A stretch of 53,925 nt of DNA from Eubacteriales bacterium (lineage in GTDB: Bacteria > Bacillota > Clostridia > Christensenellales > UMGS416), in assembly GCA_028693155.1 (NCBI GenBank), contig JAQUVY010000002.1, positions 1-53,925 of the forward strand. The letters run 5' to 3'. The notes under the pieces are model-generated. The model made no database searches and was not told the DNA's origin. It saw only the letters and a program-made list of their open reading frames with translations. The first letter of the stretch is position 1, and each line of letters starts with the position of its first letter. Shown here piece after piece: positions 49,430-53,925 of this stretch. A program made the translations under genes and the position numbers.

Positions 49430-50949
49430 GCTTTTTTGCGCAGGGCAATGAGCTTCATGCCCTCCTGCAGGCCACTCTCGGCCACGCCGGGGTTGCAGGC
49501 CAGAATCTCATCGCAGCAGATGCGGCAGCGCTTGGACAGCGACCAGAGCGTATCGCCCTTTTGCACCACGCACACCACCAGAGGCGTGCCGGGATCGGTC
49601 AGCGGTGCGCCCACCTTGACCTCGCTGAGGGCGTCCATGCGGGTTTGCGGCAGGCTTTGCAGGCACACATCCGCCGCGGCCTGCACCTGCCATTTGCCGG
49701 CCGCGCGCCAAACCTCGGCACGGCAGGTGCCCAGGGTAACGGTGAGCTGGCCGCCGGGCTCCAGTGCGTCCCAGTCCGCCGCGGCGTCAAAGGGTACCTC
49801 CACCCAGGTGCTCACCGGGGTGCCCTGCTCGGCGGCAAACAGCTGCAGCTTCAGCCGCCCGTTAAACTCCGCCCGCCCGTCGCTGACGCCCCAGCCGTCT
49901 ATGGCACCGCTGGCCAGCGCGACGATTCCCTCGGCGCTGTCCGAAAGGGCGACATCCTCGATCTCCTGAGAAACCGTCACTTTGGTGATCAGCTCCATGG
50001 GCGCTTCCTGCAGCAGCACCTCGGCTGTGGAAAGCTCCAGCTGGCAGCTGCTGTGCCAGCCGTCCTCCAGCACCGGGCTCTGGCGGCAGGCGTAGGCGTC
50101 CAGGGTGATCTTCAGCGGCGCTTCCACCGTGATGACGCGCAGACAGCCGTCCACATCCTCATGCAGCTCCAGCCCCAGCTGGCACACCGAAACGCTGCAG
50201 CAGACCTCCATATCTTCCCGCAGCGCGGCCAGTTCTATGCTTTGCCGGAAGGGAAGCTGCAGCTCGCAGCGCACAAAGGGACGCTCCTGCGAGCAATAGA
50301 GCACCTCCAGTGTCATTTCGCCGGTGAGGCATATTTCCCCGCTGAGCACCTGCGTCTGCAAAACCCGCGCCTGTGCCTGCGCCTGCAAAATTTTTACCGC
50401 GTCCGGGCAGGCGTCGGGCAGGCAGAGCTCATCCCGCAAAACGGTTCCTGCCGTGTGGGACAGCACGCATTCATACCAGTATTGGGTGACCCCGGTAAAA
50501 TAGGCGTCGCGATCCGCCGCCTGGCAAACCACGGGGCAGTCCTGAGAGGCGATGCCCTGCACGGTCAGCTCGGCGTTGGCGTCCACCGCGATGCGATCGG
50601 GGGAGGTAATGCGCGCGTTGGGCGAGGAGATGCCTGCCCGGGCCTTTGTGCGCATCTGCGGGCGCATTCCCTGGGCGCGAATGCGGTGGGTAAAGCCGCT
50701 GGCGCCGGTTACGCTGTCCAGCGCCCCGTCGGGCGTGAGGAACAGTACCGAAAACTCCACCGTGCCATCCACTGTGGCAGCGTCCTCGGCGGGCGAGGCG
50801 GACAGCTCGGCCACCCGCGCGCTGCAGCCCACCACCTGCGCCGCTTCCAGCCCTTCCGGCAGTTTAATGATGCCCTCCACCAACGCGCCGGCAGCGGCGC
50901 TGCCCGTGCGAATCGGCATCTGTATATTCGCCTTTTGGATCTCTAACAT
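49426..50949 (-). CDS. DUF3794 (SPOCS-like) repeat protein with a C-terminal LysM domain
   Basis: C-terminus VVQKGDTLWSLSKRCRICCDEILACNPG...GMKLIAL is a LysM. The long N-terminal beta-rich region is typical of clostridial DUF3794-LysM spore-associated proteins. ATG behind GGAGGG. Confidence 0.75.
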   Translation of the reverse strand: MLEIQKANIQMPIRTGSAAAGALVEGIIKLPEGLEAAQVVGCSARVAELSASPAEDAATVDGTVEFSVLFLTPDGALDSVTGASGFTHRIRAQGMRPQMRTKARAGISSPNARITSPDRIAVDANAELTVQGIASQDCPVVCQAADRDAYFTGVTQYWYECVLSHTAGTVLRDELCLPDACPDAVKILQAQAQARVLQTQVLSGEICLTGEMTLEVLYCSQERPFVRCELQLPFRQSIELAALREDMEVCCSVSVCQLGLELHEDVDGCLRVITVEAPLKITLDAYACRQSPVLEDGWHSSCQLELSTAEVLLQEAPMELITKVTVSQEIEDVALSDSAEGIVALASGAIDGWGVSDGRAEFNGRLKLQLFAAEQGTPVSTWVEVPFDAAADWDALEPGGQLTVTLGTCRAEVWRAAGKWQVQAAADVCLQSLPQTRMDALSEVKVGAPLTDPGTPLVVCVVQKGDTLWSLSKRCRICCDEILACNPGVAESGLQEGMKLIALRKKA

Positions 50950-51082
50950 GCTTATCCCTCCTGCTCAATATAGCCGCTTCTGATTTTGTATATGCGCGGA
51001 TGCGCCGCGCTATGTCAGCAAAGCAGTGCGCAGGAAGATAAAACATGGTATGATAACAGAGAATATTGGAGGAGCAAAAACG

Positions 51083-51880
51083 ATGGTGATCGACGCACAT
51101 ATGCATGTATTTCCCGACGCGCTGGCGGGCAAGGCGCTGCCCCGCATGGCGGAGGTGGCCAAGGTGCCTTACCATACCGACGGCACGCTGCGGGACACCC
51201 AGGAGAAGATGACACAGTGGGGCATTGACAAAGGTCTGTTTCTGCATATCGCCACCAGACCCGGACAGCATAAGGTGAACGACTTCGCCGCGTCCATTCA
51301 AAACCGGCATATCCTGTGCTTTGGATCCGTTCACCCGAAGGATCCCGATGCGCTGGCCGAGATGGAGCGCATTCAGGCGCTGGGGCTGCACGGGGTCAAG
51401 TTCCATTTTGATTATCAGGACGTGAGGATGGACGATGCGGCGGTAAAGCCGTTGATGGATCTGGCGGCTCAGCTGGGGCTGCCGGTGACCGTGCACGCGG
51501 GCTGGGATCCCTATTCGCCCGATCATGTACACGCGCCGGTGAAGGCCATCGCCGCGACGGCCAAAGAGTTTCCCCGGCTGAAGCTCATCGCCGCGCACAT
51601 GGGCGGCATGATGCGCTGGGACGAGGCGCTGGAGGTGCTGGCCGGGCGGGAAAACGTCTGGCTGGATACGGCCATGGCAGCGGTGTACTGCCCGCCGGAA
51701 AAGTTTCGCGCGTTGCTTCAAAAACACGGCTGCGAGCGGGTGCTTTTCGGTTCGGATTGTCCGTGGGACACCGCGACGCATGAGCTGGAATATCTGCGCG
51801 CCGCCGGGCTGACCGTCCGGCAGCTGGAGGGGATCACGGCGGGGAATATCAGCGCGTTGCTGGGGCTGCCGGGGCAGTGA
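51083..51880 (+). CDS. amidohydrolase-2 family metal-dependent hydrolase (TIM barrel)
   Basis: MVIDAHMHVFPD start, later HAGW and AHMGG ligand-like motifs, and LFGSDCPW. ATG at 51083 behind GGAGGAG. Confidence 0.8.
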   Translation: MVIDAHMHVFPDALAGKALPRMAEVAKVPYHTDGTLRDTQEKMTQWGIDKGLFLHIATRPGQHKVNDFAASIQNRHILCFGSVHPKDPDALAEMERIQALGLHGVKFHFDYQDVRMDDAAVKPLMDLAAQLGLPVTVHAGWDPYSPDHVHAPVKAIAATAKEFPRLKLIAAHMGGMMRWDEALEVLAGRENVWLDTAMAAVYCPPEKFRALLQKHGCERVLFGSDCPWDTATHELEYLRAAGLTVRQLEGITAGNISALLGLPGQ

Positions 51881-51898
51881 GGGCAGAAAGGGGCATCT

Positions 51899-53800
51899 GT
51901 GAATAAGCATTGGGGAAAGATCGCCGTTTTGGCGGGGGCAGCCGCGCTGGTTATCGCGGGCGTGTTTGCGCTGAAGCTGCTGCGCGCGCCCGCGTACCCG
52001 GAAGGGGCGGCGCGGATCAGCGAAATCAGCACCGATCGGGCGATGTACACGCCGGGGCAGACGGTGACGCTGAACGTGACCTTAAGCAACGGCGGTGCGC
52101 AGGCGCTTTCGGGGCTGACGCTGTGCGCGCAGGCCACGCATCTGGGGACCGACGCGGGCGAAGCGCAGGAGGTGCGCATTGCCGCGCTGCCTGTGGGGGA
52201 GAGCAGCTATGCGCTGAGCTGGATGCCGCCCGAGGCCGATTTTCAAGGGTATTTGCTGGATGTGACGCTGCGCGACGGCAGGGGCGGTACGCTGGACCAT
52301 GCCACTTCGGCTGTGGATGTATCCTCCAGCTGGCTCAAGTTTCCGCGCTATGGCTATGTGTGCGATTTTTCCGCGGACGCCGATGCCGCCGCAAAGATCG
52401 AGGCGATGAACGCCTGGCACATCAACGCCATTGAGTACTACGACTGGCAATACCGCCACCATCAGCCCCTTGCGCCGGGCAGCACGCGGGAAAACCCGGG
52501 AACGTGGCAGGACTGGGCGGGACGCCGCATTTCGGGGCAGACCGTTCAAAGCAGCCTTGCCGCCGCAAAGGAGCGCGGCATGGTGAGCATGGCGTACAAC
52601 ATGATTTACGCCGCCACCGACAGCTTCTTCCGTGAAAACCCGCAGGCCGAGGCGTGGAAGCTGCATTTCGCGCCGGGCAGCAGCCGGGGCAGCGGAGAGT
52701 TCAAGTTCAATATGGGAGCTTCTCCTTCGGGCGACGGCACGCTGTATTTTATCAACCCGCTCAATGTGTTGTGGCAGGAGCACATTTTTGCCGAGGAAAA
52801 TAAAATCTTCACCGTGTTCGATTTTGACGGCTGGCACGCGGACACGGTGGGCGACTGGGGCGATATGGTGACGGCCGACGGCGAGCCTTTGGGACAGGAC
52901 AGCCGCGGAGAGGCCGTGACCAGCGTGCTGGATACCTACACGCCCTTTCTCAACGCGGCAAAAGCGGCGTTGGGCGGCAAATATCTGACCTTTAACCCGG
53001 TGGGCGCGCAGGGCATTGAAAACGCCAACAAAAGCAATGTGGATGCGCTGTATGCCGAGTTTTGGCCGTGGGACAGCGACCGAAACGGCCGTAGCTACGA
53101 CACCTACGCCGCCCTGGCGGCAGAGGTGGAGCAGAGCCGACTGGACAGCCTGGAGACCTCAGCCGATGGAAAAGGGAAGTCGCTGACGGTCAAGGCCTAT
53201 ATCAACTACGACCTGAAAAACGGGAAAATGAACGATCCGGCGGTGCTGCTGTGCGAGGCGGCGGTGTTCGCCGCCGGTGGTGCGCGCCTGGAGATCGGCA
53301 ACGGCGATCACATGCTGCACACCGAGTATTACCCGGATGACGGCGTGCTCATGAGCGACGCGCTTAAGGCGCGGACGCGGGCCATGTATGATTTCATGGT
53401 GGCCTACGAAAATCTGCTGCGCGACGGGCAGAGCACCGTGACGCGGCAGGTGGAGATCAAGGGCGTGCAGACCAGCGTTAAGGGCGCCTCCGATGCGGTG
53501 TGGACGTACAACCGGGCGGATGAGAACTATGAAATTTTGCACCTTATCAATCTGGTGGGGACGGACAGCCGCTGGCGCGATGAGGACGGCAAAAAGGCCG
53601 CCCCCGAACCCCAAAGCGAGCTGCGCGTGCGCTGCCAGATCCAAGGAGAAGCGCAGGCGGTCACGCTGGCTTCGCCGGACGAAGGCGGCCGCAGCACGCA
53701 ACTTGCCTTTGCCAACGGCCGGGATGGCGGGCAAGCTTATGTGGAGTTTACGGTGCCCAGCCTGGAATATTGGGATATGATCTATATTAAGATAAAATAA
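51899..53800 (+). CDS. glycoside hydrolase family 66-like protein (dextranase/CITase family), N-terminally membrane-anchored
   Basis: GTG at 51899 behind AAAGGGG. N-terminal TM segment. Segments DVSSSWLKFPRYGY, HINAIEYYDWQYRHHQPL, MAYNMIYAA and FDFDGWHADTVGDWG match my memory of GH66. Confidence 0.7.
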   Translation: MNKHWGKIAVLAGAAALVIAGVFALKLLRAPAYPEGAARISEISTDRAMYTPGQTVTLNVTLSNGGAQALSGLTLCAQATHLGTDAGEAQEVRIAALPVGESSYALSWMPPEADFQGYLLDVTLRDGRGGTLDHATSAVDVSSSWLKFPRYGYVCDFSADADAAAKIEAMNAWHINAIEYYDWQYRHHQPLAPGSTRENPGTWQDWAGRRISGQTVQSSLAAAKERGMVSMAYNMIYAATDSFFRENPQAEAWKLHFAPGSSRGSGEFKFNMGASPSGDGTLYFINPLNVLWQEHIFAEENKIFTVFDFDGWHADTVGDWGDMVTADGEPLGQDSRGEAVTSVLDTYTPFLNAAKAALGGKYLTFNPVGAQGIENANKSNVDALYAEFWPWDSDRNGRSYDTYAALAAEVEQSRLDSLETSADGKGKSLTVKAYINYDLKNGKMNDPAVLLCEAAVFAAGGARLEIGNGDHMLHTEYYPDDGVLMSDALKARTRAMYDFMVAYENLLRDGQSTVTRQVEIKGVQTSVKGASDAVWTYNRADENYEILHLINLVGTDSRWRDEDGKKAAPEPQSELRVRCQIQGEAQAVTLASPDEGGRSTQLAFANGRDGGQAYVEFTVPSLEYWDMIYIKIK

Positions 53801-53823
53801 ACGTTTTGTATGTGGAGGTATTT

Positions 53824-53925
53824 ATGAATCACCGAGAAAATGCGCTGGCGGTGCTGCGATATCAGGCCTACGATGCGCTGCCCGTGGTCAACTTCGGCTA
53901 CTGGAATGAGACGCTGGAAAAATGG
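53824..53925 (+). CDS. 3'-truncated ORF, possibly another URO-D-family protein
   Basis: ATG at 53824 behind GGAGGT. MNHRENALAVLRYQAYDALPVVNFGYWNETLEKW. Only 34 aa are visible, so the family call is weak. Confidence 0.45.
   Translation, partial: MNHRENALAVLRYQAYDALPVVNFGYWNETLEKW

Overview
This is about 54 kb of a visibly GC-rich Firmicutes/Clostridia chromosome. Gene order and content look Oscillospirales-like, and spo0A is present. Most of the window is housekeeping.

Gene content, in order:
- Start of window: a 5'-truncated GH2 beta-galactosidase, two GNAT acetyltransferases (one frameshifted), T-box-controlled tyrS, and a purine phosphoribosyltransferase plus NCS2 permease operon.
- obg-yhbY / nadD-yqeK-rsfS, interrupted by one antisense membrane protein, then a WYL regulator, a TrmN6-like methyltransferase with rsmI, and a serpin lipoprotein.
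- An M42 peptidase, rpmE, DUF1385-prmC-prfA, and CIRCE-controlled hrcA-grpE-dnaK-dnaJ-prmA-mtaB-HIT.
- tRNA-Gly(CCC)-tuf, then rpmG-secE-nusG-rplKAJL.
- Several URO-D/MtaA-family paralogs, spo0A, gntR/deoC/FGGY kinase, T-box-controlled serS, a DUF3794-LysM protein, an amidohydrolase and a GH66-like hydrolase.

No obvious multi-gene defence or mobile system is visible. The features that gene content does not explain are noncoding or are gene lesions:
1. Two hairpin-dense modular repeat arrays at about 8210-9205 and 22355-23445. They share sequence modules, have tandem sub-periodicities (123 bp, about 403 bp), and show compensatory base changes in a conserved hairpin.
2. An in-frame TAA in spo0A that removes a still clearly conserved C-terminal segment.
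3. A perfect 28-bp inverted repeat bracketing a 122-bp AT-rich segment (45110-45287). This is inverton- or MITE-like and sits in a 630-bp noncoding gap between convergent genes.
4. A 267-bp AT-rich block downstream of spo0A, flanked by 22-bp direct copies of a hairpin.
5. A purine-operon leader that has an intrinsic terminator but no recognisable canonical purine aptamer.

All coordinates of small elements were derived by eye and may be off by a few bases. All family assignments rest on recognised motifs and synteny, not on searches.
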